In this document: piece after piece, positions 1-12,437 of the stretch
How positions within the stretch are numbered: position 1 is the stretch's first letter
How the letters are laid out: each line of letters starts with the position of its first letter
Assembly (NCBI GenBank): GCA_964016885.1
Contig: OZ024741.1
Coordinates: 54,622,001 to 54,686,000, forward strand
Direction of reading: 5' to 3'
Source of the DNA: Eledone cirrhosa
Lineage: Eukaryota
DNA length: 64,000 nt
Program-made: the position numbers and the translations under genes
The notes under the pieces: model-generated
What the model was told of the DNA's origin: nothing
Databases searched by the model: none
What the model saw: only the letters and a program-made list of their open reading frames with translations

Positions 1-3000
1 TCGTCAGCACCCTCCCCTCCCACATCCCGGCACCAAACACGCCCTTCGCCTATTCGACTCCTTCACCTTTCCACCCGGCCCACAGCCCTTCCTCTTCACC
101 CTAGATATCAAGTCACTTTATACTGTCATCCTCCACGCCGACAGCCTACGTGCCCTCAAGCACTACCTCGACCTTCGCCCCTCCCCCATCCCCTCCACCC
201 CCACCATCATTCGCCTCGCCGAGCTGGTCCTCACCCTCAACTGTTTCTCCTTCTCGGGTGAGTTTTACCAACAGGTCACGGGGGTAGCTATGGGCACAAG
301 AATGGGCCCAAACTATGCCAACATTTTCGTTGGCCAAGTTGAGGCCCAAATCTTTGCCCAGTACACCGCACGCCCGAACTGTACGGTCGTTACATTGACA
401 ACTGTATCGGAGCCACGAACCTCACCCGAGAACAGGTCGACTCCATTCTTTCCTTCTTCTGCCCCCCCCCCCCCCCCCCCTCCCTCCACTTCACCGCCTC
501 TATCTCCAGCACCCACGGCAACTTCTTAGATATCTCCGTCGCCATGGACCCCTCCCACCACTCCCTCGTCACCTCCGCCTTCTTCAAACCTACCGACTCC
601 CACTCCTACCTCGACTTCACCTCTTCCCACCCTACACACACTAAACACTCTATTCCCTACTCCCAACTCCTAAGGATCCACCGCCTCTGCAGCCGAAATG
701 CTGACTTTGAGTCCCAGGCCCTTTCCCTAGTCAGCCATTTCATCCGCAGAGGTTACCCCCCCCCCCCTCGTCCACACCGCCCTCACTCGCGCCCGTGCTG
801 TCCACCGCTCCACCACCCTCACCTCACGGCACTGCACACCCACCGTCTCCCCTTCCCCCTCACCTACCACCCCTCCACTATACCCCTCCACCACATCATC
901 CTCCGCCTCTTCCGACGCCTCGAGTCCGACCCCTCCACCTCCCACATCTTCCCATCCCCACCACTCCCCTCCTTCAAACGCGCACGCAATCTCCGCACCC
1001 TCCTCGTCCGCAGCTCCCTACCCCTCAACCCCCCCGGTTCCCTTCCCTATTCCAGGCCTCGTTGCAACACCTGCCCCCACATCACCAACACTACCACCTT
1101 CCAGGGTCCCAACGACCACTCTCTCTCTCTGTCCGGCACACCTTCCGCAACACCTCCTCCAACCTAGTCTATGGACTTCGCTGCACGGAGTGTCGCGCAA
1201 CCTACGTCGGACAGACTGGACGTCGCCTGGCGGACCGTTTCACCGAACACCTCCGGGATATTCGCTTCGGCGGGAGTCCCCCAATCGCCCGCCACTTTGG
1301 CTCCCATGGACATTCCGCGCACCACCTCACAGTCTGTGGCCTACTCCAATGCCACAGAACCCCTGCCACCCTCCTCATGGTCAAACAACGCACCATCTTC
1401 ACCCTACAGACCCACACTCACCCCGGCCTGAACTCCCCGACTGCCCTGCCCCCCCCCCCCCCCCCCCCACACACACACATATCACCCACTAACACCACTA
1501 ACACACTTCTCCTTTTCACCGCCCACCCCACAATTAACAATACTAACACCCCACCCCACCACCGACTACCTTCCTCCAACTAACAATACTAACTCCCCCT
1601 CCCCCCTATCACGCACACACCCACGGGTACATATATACACGCACTCACACCACCCACACACCCTACTACCACCACTAACCCTCACCCACATATCCACTCC
1701 AACCACCCCACAACTAATACCACTAACATCCCCCCGACCCAACGCACACGAACACACACACCCACCTATATCCACTTACACCACCCACTCTACACACCCT
1801 TCCACCACTGACTTCCACTAACACACCCGCATTCAACCCTTTCCCCTCCACCAGTATACTAACACCCACTAACACCCCCTTCACCATACACACACTCATC
1901 CAAACACGCATACACACACCAGTACACTACACTCACTCCACCGTCCCCACATCTTTCTCTCCCTCTCTCCGCTCCACCCACACCCCTTCAGACAAACACA
2001 CACACACATCCCACTAACACCTCTACTAATACCCACACCCTCCCCCCGCACGACCCCTCCACACTCCACCTTTCACACCTACCCACCCCTCCCCTGTCCA
2101 CCACACCTCCACACACACTAACACACGGACTTTCTCCACCTGCCATTCTCCTCTACTGGTGCTATCCTTTGACCCTCTGCCCACTTCTCCGCACACACAG
2201 ACACACAGCCTCTCCACCCGTCATTCTCTTCTACCCTCCTCTAGCCTTTACCCTCTGACCACTTCCTGTTGCGCGTGCACCCCACATCTCCCCTCTTCCG
2301 ACCAACACCACCACGGATTACACACAACGGCCATCGTTCCCACCATCGACTCCATTACAAGGAAAATATCTGGCCCCTCACCACACCGTCTACGGAACTA
2401 CCTTAGGAACTTACCCACGGACATACACTCACAAATATTTTTTTTTTCAACCACGCCCCTACTCCACAATACGTATAAACACAACACACGTGCGTACCCC
2501 CACATATATACACACTCAGCCTCCGGAATCCCCCCCTTTCCCCACCCCTATGACCCCCTCCCCATCCACACGCGCACACACACACCGACCTACACCCCAC
2601 CCCACACACACACCTTTTCCTGAACATGGAACCTCGTTCTTCCCCCACTCTCACATTCACATACACACACACACACACACACACGTACACCTACACACAT
2701 ACACCACCTTCAGCCCTCCCCGCTCGGACACCACGCCTCCCTCTCCCCACTCCCCCCGCCACCACCCCTACACGCCCCACACCCTACCACCACTTATCTT
2801 AATTTTTATTTTTATTTTCCTTTTTTTTATATTTATTTTTATTTGTACCCCTTCCACCGGTTTTCCTTCTTTTCCACCACCCTATTTTTTCTAAATGTCT
2901 CTCCCCCACTCCCCCACTTCCCACACACTTTTCGCCTGAAAAAGGGCTTATGCCCGAAACGTCGTTCCCCCTCCCCACACTCTCAAGAGCGTGAAACTAA

Positions 3001-3047
3001 TAAACCTTTGTTCGTACTGCCTCTCTGTTTTGTTCCCGTTCCATTTT

Positions 3048-3052
<5 letters not shown>
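1..3052 (+). mobile_element. Penelope-like element (Neptune-type), 3' part: frameshifted RT + GIY-YIG endonuclease, long C-rich 3' region, terminal HHR
   Basis: RT motifs FTLDIKSLYT and YQQVTGVAMGTRMGPNYANIF, post-RT DSHSYLDFTSSHP, linker CNTCPHI, GIY-YIG LVYGLRCTECRATYVGQTGRRLADRFTEH (ORFs 290-529, 544-1167, 795-1583); ends at (TA)n. Confidence 0.9.
2930..2966 (+). ncRNA. Minimal hammerhead ribozyme motif with G8-to-A change (probably inactive)
   Basis: CTGAAAA-A-GGGC-TTAT-GCCC-GAAA-CG-TC at 2936-2963; palindromic ACGT stem III typical of PLE minimal HHRs. Confidence 0.7.
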
Positions 3053-3118
<66 letters not shown>

Positions 3119-3332
3119 GTTAAAAGTGTACATCCACATATGTATACTGAAATACTAGTATGCATATAAATACACACACGTATACATATGTACATGTACC
3201 GAGTTTTTCACTGGTACTTTACTGTGAGTGTCTAGCTAGTCTGTATGTAACCAAACAGACAAACCGGTTTTTAGAGTCATACGGGTTTTCAAGGAAACAC
3301 CTTTCCTCTATTCTCCAGAGAGCCAGACAGGA

Positions 3333-3375
3333 ATATTGGACTAGTTTCGATGTTATTACATCTCATCAGCAATAT
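3333..3375 (-). ncRNA. Type I minimal hammerhead ribozyme (family A)
   Basis: Minus strand ATATTG-CTGATGA-GATG-TAATAA-CATC-GAAA-CTAG-TC-CAATAT: intact core, stems I and II, palindromic ACTAGT stem III, GUC site. Confidence 0.9.
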
Positions 3376-3797
3376 ATACCCATCTTCCGGCTTCTCTAGA
3401 GAATCGTAAAAGCATATATCGTTATATGCTTTTTCTATGAAAATTAGTAGTGGGCAGACTAATTTGCATAGAACGTGAGTACGCACCGCTTCAGCGGAAA
3501 CGATAAAAACAAATAACGAAACGAAATTAAATTTCGTTTCGTTTGTAACTCACTTTTGTATGACTGACGCTTAAACAATTAAGTTAAAAGTGTACATCCA
3601 CATATGTATACTGAAATACTAGTATGCATATAAATACACACACGTATACATATGTACATGTACCGAGTTTTTCATTGGACATTTTACTGTGAGTGTCTAG
3701 CTAGTCTGTATGTAACCAAACAGACAAACTGGTTTTTAGAGTCATACGGGTTTTCAAGGAAACAGCTTTCCTCTATTCTCCAGAGAGCCAGACAGGA

Positions 3798-3840
3798 ATA
3801 TTGGACTAGTTTCGATGTTATTACATCTCATCAGCAATAT
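3798..3840 (-). ncRNA. Type I minimal hammerhead ribozyme (family A)
   Basis: Same motif as 3333-3375, 465 bp away. Confidence 0.9.
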
Positions 3841-4109
3841 TTACCCATCTTCCGGCTTCTCTAGACAATTGTAAAAGCATATATCGTTATATGCTTTTTC
3901 TATGAAAATTAGTAGTGGGCAGACTAATTTGCATAGAACGTGAGTACGCACCGGTTCAGCGGAAACGATAAAAACAAATAACGAAACGAAATTAAATTTC
4001 GTTTCGTTTGTAACTCACTTTTGTATGACTGACGCTTAAACAATTAAGTTAAAAGTGTACATCCACATATGTATACTGAAATACTAGTATGCATATAAAT
4101 ACACACACT

Positions 4110-4117
4110 ATGCAAAT
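4110..4117 (+). promoter_or_regulatory. Octamer motif ATGCAAAT about 100 nt upstream of the HHR (also 3462-3469 and 3927-3934 on -, and 10231-10238 on +)
   Basis: Perfect octamer at an equivalent position in families A and B; function inferred. Confidence 0.5.
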
Positions 4118-4202
4118 TAGTCTGCCCACTACTAATTTTCATAGAAAAAGCATATAACGATATATGCTTTTACGATTCTCTAGAGAAGCCGGAAGATGGG
4201 TA

Positions 4203-4247
4203 TATATTGCTGATGAGATGTAATAACATCGAAACTAGTCCAATATA
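4203..4247 (+). ncRNA. Type I minimal hammerhead ribozyme (family A, inverted unit)
   Basis: TATATTG-CTGATGA-GATG-TAATAA-CATC-GAAA-CTAG-TC-CAATATA. Confidence 0.9.
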
Positions 4248-4533
4248 CCTGTCTGGCTCTCTGGAGAATAGAGGAAAGGTGTTTCCTTGAAAACCCGTAT
4301 GACTCTAAAAACCGGTTTGTCTGTTTGGTTACATACAGACTAGCTAGACACTCACAGTAAAGTACCAGTGAAAAACTCGGTACATGTACATATGTATACG
4401 TGTGTGTATTTATATGCATACTAGTATTTCAGTATACATATGTGGATGTACACTTTTAACTTAATTGTTTAAGCGTCAGTCATACAAAAGTGAGTTACAA
4501 ACGAAACGAAATTTAATTTCGTTTCGTTATTTG

Positions 4534-4624
<91 letters not shown>

Positions 4625-5096
4625 TAATAATAATAAATTTAAAGACTAAAATCCAAAGAGGGCTCGATAAGGATAATATCAGATATATAAGAACCGTATA
4701 TATCAGATTTATAAGAACCGTAGAGCAAATATTTATTAAAATAACACATTAAAGTTTAAGCAAAGAATCGCTGCTTTCACCCTTAACAGGATCTTCTGAA
4801 ACTAAAAAAGTCAATCTGTGAACGCAGAAGTAAATATTTCAAAAAACGTTGCAACCGGATGAAGACAGGGAGACGATACTTTGGTTCGTGGAAACGTTCC
4901 CTCGCGAAGATAATACGTCATTACGAAGAAAAACGAAGATAATACGTCATTATTTAGTGCGGAGAAAACAATTATACGCAAAGACAAAACCGCTTTTATG
5001 GTATAAATGAAGTCGTAGACTAATATTCTATTAGGTGGTTCATGGAGACGTTCTCTGGCAATGAACGGAAACACGAAGATAATACGTCATTATGTG

Positions 5097-5195
5097 GAGG
5101 TTAACTTTGCCTTTCATCCTTGCGGGGTCGATAAAATAAAGTACCAGTAATACACTGGGTGATTGCTGGCTTTGTGCCAAAAGTAGAAACAATTA
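5097..5195 (+). mobile_element. 5'-truncated tRNA-derived SINE
   Basis: GAGGTTAACTTTGCCTTTCATCCTT...GTCGATAAAATAAAGTACCAGT...AAAGTAGAAACAATTAT, matching the full copy at 43559. Confidence 0.85.
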
Positions 5196-5425
5196 TGTGG
5201 AGCGGTGCGAACAATTACACGCAAAGACAAAACCACGTAAATGGTATGTGGTTTTATATTTGCGTGTAATTGTTCTCACCGCTCCACATAATGACGTACT
5301 ATCTTCGTTTTTTTCCGTTCTTTGCCAGGGAACGTTTCCACGAACCAAAGTATCGTCTTCCTGTCTTCCTTCGGTTGCAACGTTTTTTGAAATATTTACT
5401 TCTGCGTTCACAGATTGACTTTTAT

Positions 5426-5476
5426 AGTTTCAGAAGATCCCGTTAAGGGTGAAAGCAGCGATTATTTGCTTAAACT
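5426..5476 (+). ncRNA. Variant hammerhead (CAGAAGA core, U4A); inverted copy at 4753-4803
   Basis: AGTTT-CAGAAGA-T-CCC-GTTAA-GGG-T-GAAA-GCA-loop-TGC-TT-AAACT; all three stems can form. Confidence 0.55.
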
Positions 5477-5572
5477 TTAATCTGTTATTTTAATATATAT
5501 TTATCCTTATTGAGCCCTCTTTGGATTTTAGTCTTCAAAATTATTATTATTACTATATATATATATATATAT

Positions 5573-6167
<595 letters not shown>

Positions 6168-6792
6168 CTGTATGTATGTATGTGTTTGTGTGTACATATA
6201 TATATGCATTCATACTTACATATATACATATACACACTACACACATATGCAAACACATACATATAAATATATACATAGATTCATTCATATATACGTACGT
6301 AAGGACATACGTATATACGTACATCCATCCATCCATCCATACATACATACATACATACATAAGTACATACAAACATACATACATACATGCTTACACGCAC
6401 TTACACACACACACATATTATACACACGCATAGATCCATACTCATACAAATAAGTTCTTCTTGTCATGTATAGCCGAAAGTTTTGTAATGGTGTAGTTTA
6501 AAAGTGTGCGAATGTAATTAGAACTTCGAATAACCTCTTAACATCAAGTTTGCAAACAAACATATCTCACCTTGGCACCTTGGCAACAACTTTCACAGAC
6601 TGAGAGGGGAAATGAGAATCAAAACAGTGTGTAGTGTTTGAGCCGCACTTCTCCAACAACTCAAGTAGACAAGAATGGATTGGATTACCAACGAACATTC
6701 TCGATAATCTAGTTGGTCTTCTATCTTATGTTTCAACACACACTTCACGCATTTTCTCATATCCTGTCTGCATTTTTGCCTTTCTATACCAT

Positions 6793-6868
<76 letters not shown>

Positions 6869-6881
6869 TCCCTCTTTCACA

Positions 6882-6918
<37 letters not shown>

Positions 6919-6927
6919 TTTCACACG

Positions 6928-6969
<42 letters not shown>

Positions 6970-7546
6970 GGGGTATGTATACGTGTGTGTTTGTGTGTAT
7001 GCACATGTGTATGTATGTGTGTGTATGTATATGTGTGTGTTTGTGTGTGTGTTTGTGCGCGCGTGTGCGTATGTAGATTTGCCCGTCAGATATGCAGTCT
7101 TTTTCATTCTCTCTCTCTCACACGTTCTTTCCTTCCTTCTTCCTTTTCTTTTTCTGTCACTCATATTATTCTTCTGCCATTTTCCGGGAAGGTTTGCAGG
7201 CGTCAAGTTCGGTTGCCGTAAGGAGTGTGTGAAAAAGGCTGTCGTTTTAAATCCACTATTTCGGCAGACTGTTATGCATTATTTGTTTATAAATCTGTCT
7301 CTCAGTTTGCTACACATATGATTTACTGGCACATATGCGGTACTTCAGCTTGCAAAAAATAACAGCCAAGTACTTCTTATCTATGGTCAACGTTGTTCCA
7401 AGCTTGAAGGTGTTTTATTGCTTATCTGCTGGATCAAAGCAAACTGGAGGTTAAGCTATGAAGTTAAAACGAGTCGAAGTATTTGGTATAAGACTTTGTT
7501 AACCATCTCTCTGTATGTACAAACACACACACATATATTATATATA

Positions 7547-7583
<37 letters not shown>

Positions 7584-7588
7584 CCACA

Positions 7589-9126
7589 TACATGCGAGTG
7601 ATATACAGGGAAGGGAGTGTATTAGTGAAAGCAGTGTCAGTCTGAGGCTCGATACATGTATACAAATGAAACAATATATAAGAATGAAAAAATGTTTAAA
7701 TCAAAGAGAAAGTAAGAGGGAGGGGTTATCAATTATAAATTAACACTAGAAAAAATAGAAAACAAACATAGGTTCGTACGTACACATATATATATATAAA
7801 TATATATATATAAAAATACGTACAGACAAAAGCACATACATGCGTACATACATACAAAGGCGCGCATACATACACACGAAGCACATATATATATCTATAG
7901 GCACATGTATATCTGATCACACGCACGTACGCGACTATATATATATATATACATATACCCACATACATAGACATACATATATACATACATACATACATAT
8001 ACACATACATGCACCCATACCCACACACACACGTATATATAAGTATGTAAAAACATAGATATAAAAACACACATACACACACATACACACACATATACAC
8101 ACACACGCGCACATACGAATGTGTTCGTATACACATACAGACACCCATACACACACTTGCACACTCACACGCATAGATACAATATAATAAAATAATAACC
8201 AGCCGTATGAATAAATGAGTACAAATTATACATACATAAGAGCGGCTGAGAGACAACAGAATATATCTGGAGTTGAAAACGCAAGAGACATGTGATAACA
8301 AGTAGTGAAAGAAAATGGAGGAAGTAAAACACATTTTACTTCCTCCATTTTCTTTCACTACTTGTTATCACATGTCGGCTTGCGTTTTCAACTCCAGATA
8401 TATTCTGTTGTCTCTCAGCCGCTCTTATGTATGTATAATTTGTACTCATTTATTCATACGGCTGGTTATTATTTTATTATATTGTATCTATGCGTGTGAG
8501 TGCGCAAGTGTGTGTATGCGTGTCTGTATGTGTATACGAACACATTCGTATGTGCGCGTGTGTGTGTATATGTGTGTGTATGTGTGTTTTCATATCTATG
8601 TTTTTTACATACTTATATATACGTGTGTGTGTGTGTGTGTATAGGTGCATGTATGTGTATATGTATGTATATATATATGTATGAGTGTGTATGTGTGTAT
8701 ATGTATATATATGTGTATATGTATATATGTGTGTATATGTATGTATATATATATGTATGAGTGTGTATGTGTGTATATGTATATATATATAGTCGCGTAC
8801 GTGAGTGTGATCAGATATACATGTGCCTATAGATATATATATGTGCTTCGTGTGTATGTATGCGCGCCTTTGTATGTATGTGCTTTTGTCTGTACGTTTT
8901 TTTATATATATATTTTATATATAAATATGTGTACGTACAAACCTATGTTTGTTTTCTATTTTTTCTAGTGTTAATTTATAATTGATAACCCCTCCCTCTT
9001 ACTTTCTCTTTGATTTAAAAAAATTTTTCATTCTTATATATTGTTTCATTTTTATACATGTATCGAGCCTCAGACTGACATTGCTTTCACTAATACACTC
9101 CTTTCCTTGTATATCACTCGCATGTA
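7589..9126. repeat. Long fold-back palindrome (~740-790-bp arms, 4-nt loop at 8330-8333)
   Basis: Centre GAAAATGGAGGAAGTAAAA-CACA-TTTTACTTCCTCCATTTTC; outer ends TACATGCGAGTGATATAC / GTATATCACTCGCATGTA. Confidence 0.92.
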
Positions 9127-9482
9127 CCTGGTCGCGCGTGTGTGCGTGTTTATACGCGTGCTTTCATACTTGTATGCGTATATATTTCATCCCTTAATAC
9201 CTGAATCTGGATGTATGTTAACTATATTATCTTACAATCACTTTTTCAACATATATTATATACGTATTTGTGGTCACACATACACTGATATACTTGCCCT
9301 CATATATGTACTTACGCACACATTTATTCACTATTCACATGCATTTGTACAGACACACATTTGTTAATTATATTTCCTTATTTTTTTATATATCTCTTGC
9401 ATTACTTTTATTTATATAGTTTTTTGCCCGTTAAACTTTTGCCTTTCTTGAGGAGATGTTTCAAATATTTCACTATGTTTTA

Positions 9483-9560
9483 AATTGCCTTGTCCGATGA
9501 ACGAATGAGGACGTCTTTTGTATTCGTCTTATTCAGGAAACCTCTGGTAATGAGGTAATT
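9483..9560 (+). ncRNA. Hammerhead-like motif (CCGATGA core) ending the element whose 5' part forms the 7.6-9.1 kb palindrome
   Basis: AATTGCCT..CCGATGA..GAATGAGGACG/CGTCTTATTC..GAAA-CC-TCT-GG-TA..AGGTAATT. Confidence 0.55.
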
Positions 9561-9654
9561 ATATTGTATTATTTATTATACATTAAATTTAGCTCTGGTA
9601 CTTACATAGAGCACTCTTCACTCCTATGACTTTTTCAATTTTATATGGAAATTC

Positions 9655-9720
<66 letters not shown>

Positions 9721-9723
<3 letters not shown>

Positions 9724-9841
9724 CGAAGGAAATGCGGTAAGGAACCAGATGGACCATAACCCACCAAAGTACTCAATACTTAGGGTAGTAGAGTGGGTAA
9801 TAGGAACGAGTAGGACCCCGACGGCTGAGCTCAAGCCGTTT
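9721..9841 (-). mobile_element. Partial copy of the ~195-bp hairpin element found at 26679 and 45853
   Basis: Near-identical to 45853-45974; truncated at the HHR GAAA by the family B insertion. Confidence 0.85.
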
Positions 9842-9862
9842 AGGCAACCACGTCACCTTTTT

Positions 9863-9901
9863 GATGCTGACGATAGCTAATAAGCTTGAAACTAGTACAT
9901 C
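9863..9901 (+). ncRNA. Type I minimal hammerhead ribozyme (family B)
   Basis: GATG-CTGACGA-T-AGC-TAATAA-GCT-T-GAAA-CTAG-TA-CATC. Confidence 0.85.
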
Positions 9902-10312
9902 GTTCCTGTGTCAATGTTGAACAAAAAGGTGACGTGGTTGCCTGAACACTCTACGGCGTAATTCGGGCTGTTTGTTTGTTTACAAACAAACAAACCGAGC
10001 ATGATAATAAATGTTCGGTAAACCGATACGTGCATATATATATATATATATGTGTGCATGTATGTATATATATATACATACTACTGTACGTCTGTATACA
10101 TATATGTATGTACGTATACATACATACTTACATTTAAGTAAGTGCCGTACTAAGAGTGAGAAATGAAATTTCGTTTCATTCTATTCCATTTATCGTTTTC
10201 AATGTGCCCTGCCGACTGAACTCACTCGATATGCAAATTAGGCTGCTCAGCCGTTAATATGCATAAGGAAAGTATATACTTTCAGACGTTCAAACATCTG
10301 GTAGGAAGGTAT

Positions 10313-10355
10313 ACGATGCTGACGATAGCTAATAAGCTTGAAACTAGTACATCGT
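10313..10355 (+). ncRNA. Type I minimal hammerhead ribozyme (family B)
   Basis: ACGATG-CTGACGA-T-AGC-TAATAA-GCT-T-GAAA-CTAG-TA-CATCGT. Confidence 0.87.
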
Positions 10356-10640
10356 TCCTGTGTCAGTGTTGAACAAAAAGGTGACGTGGTTGCCTAAACA
10401 CTGTACGGCGTAATTCGGGCTGTTTGTTTGTTTACAAACAAACAAACCGAGCATTATAATAAATGTTCGGTAAACCGATACGTGCATATATATATATATG
10501 TGTGCATGTATGTATATATATATACATACTACTGTACGTCTGTATACATATATGTATGTACGTATACATACATACATACTCACATATATATATATATATA
10601 ATATATAAGATCAAAAGATGGTTAAAGGAGTTCCATGTAT

Positions 10641-10706
10641 TTTATTATGCGCATTTCAAAAACAAACATCATCATGCAATAATATTTGTGTTTTCATCAG
10701 ATAAAA
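10641..10706 (-). ncRNA. Type I hammerhead ribozyme in a PLE-like terminus
   Basis: Minus strand TTTTAT-CTGATGA-AAACA...TGTTT-TT-GAAA-TGCGCA-TA-ATAAAA; palindromic ATGCGCAT stem III. Confidence 0.8.
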
Positions 10707-10802
10707 CAGGAGAACATGATATGAAGGCTAAAAAACACTTGTGGATAGTGCAGTTTTAAATCAACATATGAAAAGTAGTTTTAGATTGATGTGTGATATT
10801 GG

Positions 10803-11210
10803 GAAAAATATTTTATTTAGAGAGGGGGGGGGTGGAAAGGATGAAAAAAGGGGAGGAGATGAGAGTGAAGGTGGAGAGGGAGAGATGGGTGATAGAGAGA
10901 AAGAGAGAAAGAGATAGTTTTTATAACTGAGAGAAGATATATTGTTTTACATAGAGAGGTTGAAAACCGTTGGAAGATAATGTATGAATTAAAAGAATTT
11001 GAAAATTAACGAAGGGAAAAATATGTACGAGGAAAAAATATTTATTTAGAGAGGGGGGGGTGGAAAGGATGAAAAAAGGGGAGGAGATGAGAGTGAAGGT
11101 GGAGAGGGAGAGATGGGTGATAGAGATAAAGAGATAGTTTTTATAACTGAGAAAAGATATATTGTTTTACATAGAGAGGTTGAGAACCGTTGGAAGATAA
11201 TGTATAAATT
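10803..11210. repeat. ~230-bp purine-rich tandem duplication
   Basis: TTTATTTAGAGAGGGGGGG..GGAAAGGATG recurs at ~10812 and ~11041. Confidence 0.85.
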
Positions 11211-11450
11211 GTATTGTACTACAATAAAACTCACCTCCTACATTATATATATATATATATATACGATATTAAACAAATGGAAACTATATTTATAAAACTA
11301 TATTTATTTCGTTATATATATTTCTGGGATATCATATTAAAAATATGTTATGCCTTCCTCAGACAAAATACAATACATAAGCTGTTTTATAAATAATTAG
11401 TGACATACCTTATGATAATGCAACTTCCTTTTAAAAAGTTGATTTGGTAG

Positions 11451-11545
<95 letters not shown>

Positions 11546-12259
11546 ATGGGTGTGTGTGTGTGTGTGTGTGTGTCAACACAACTTCCTCACCCTTGATTCT
11601 CAACAGATGAACTTAAATCCAAGTACATTATTTGACTACTACCACAGTCCGTGAAATATCACCTTCCTCCTATTGTTATAATGAACACCCCAATATATCC
11701 GTAATTGTAGTCAGCATGTTTTCTCTGTATATATATATTGCTTTCTCAAGCTCTGTATTAACTTACCTATTATATTGCTACTGCTATTGGGGTTATCTTA
11801 TACATGCACGTTATTGATGCTGTGAAAGCTAAGCAACCCCATGATTCGAACTAACAATCCCTTCATCTAATATAGACCACTTAAATAATGAATCCCCTTT
11901 ACACCACATAAAAATTACTATCCTCACTACAATGAAAATATTTTATCTGTCAGATAATAAATAATTCTTACGGTCAGCAAACCAACGGTAAAGGAAATGG
12001 TACATTGTTTCAAGCCCCAGCTTATCTCTACACTATATATAATACACCCCATGACAGCTTTTACATGTCAATTTCATACATCTGCCTCACATCAGCTCGT
12101 TTTACATGCTAAAGTCATAAGTATACTCTATGTCTTACTTAGATTGATGTTGTGATTATTTCAACTAATTTATTGCTAGCATTGTTAGTATTGTTATTAT
12201 TGTTCTGATTTAATGCCACTAATATACATAGAAGCCATGCCTGTGTATTCCCTTCATTC

Positions 12260-12334
12260 TCGCTAGCTCTGATGAATTGACTGGTTATAACTATATATTG
12301 GTGATCGATTGACGCAGAAACAGGCGGGTAGCGA
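12260..12334 (+). ncRNA. Degenerate hammerhead-like motif at the end of a probable PLE 3' remnant (11575-12415)
   Basis: TCGC..CTGATGA (12269) ...GAAA (12317) ..GGTA-GCGA; stems imperfect. Confidence 0.35.
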
Positions 12335-12437
12335 TCTCTAGACCTACAAGTGTCTCAGCAATGTGATTAAAGCCCTTATTGTATAGTAAACCGTGTCACT
12401 CTTCTTTCTTGATTTATATATATATATATATATATAT

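Larger units (their letters stand above)
3113..4540. repeat. Non-coding 465-bp HHR repeat family A: 2.1 tandem units (sense on -) plus an inverted unit (4108-4540, sense on +)
   Basis: Unit start AATTAAGTTAAAAGTGTACATCC at 3113, 3577 and 4042; 4108-4540 is the reverse complement; both ends abut (TA)n. Confidence 0.92.
4622..5555. repeat. Inverted repeat (~300-370-bp arms) of a PLE-like terminus with variant HHRs; SINE fragment in the spacer
   Basis: 4622-~4990 is the reverse complement of ~5250-5555; HHR-like motifs at 4753-4803 (-) and 5426-5476 (+). Confidence 0.8.
9838..10580 (+). repeat. Non-coding 452-bp HHR repeat family B: 1.6 tandem units with a short inverted 5' end
   Basis: HHRs at 9863 and 10313 with 452-bp period; 9838-9863 is the reverse complement of the internal CAAAAAGGTGACGTGGTTGCCTAAA. 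Confidence 0.9.

Noticed and set aside
6593-6800. Possible host exon
   Set aside because: No convincing splice-site pair or recognisable protein similarity on either strand.
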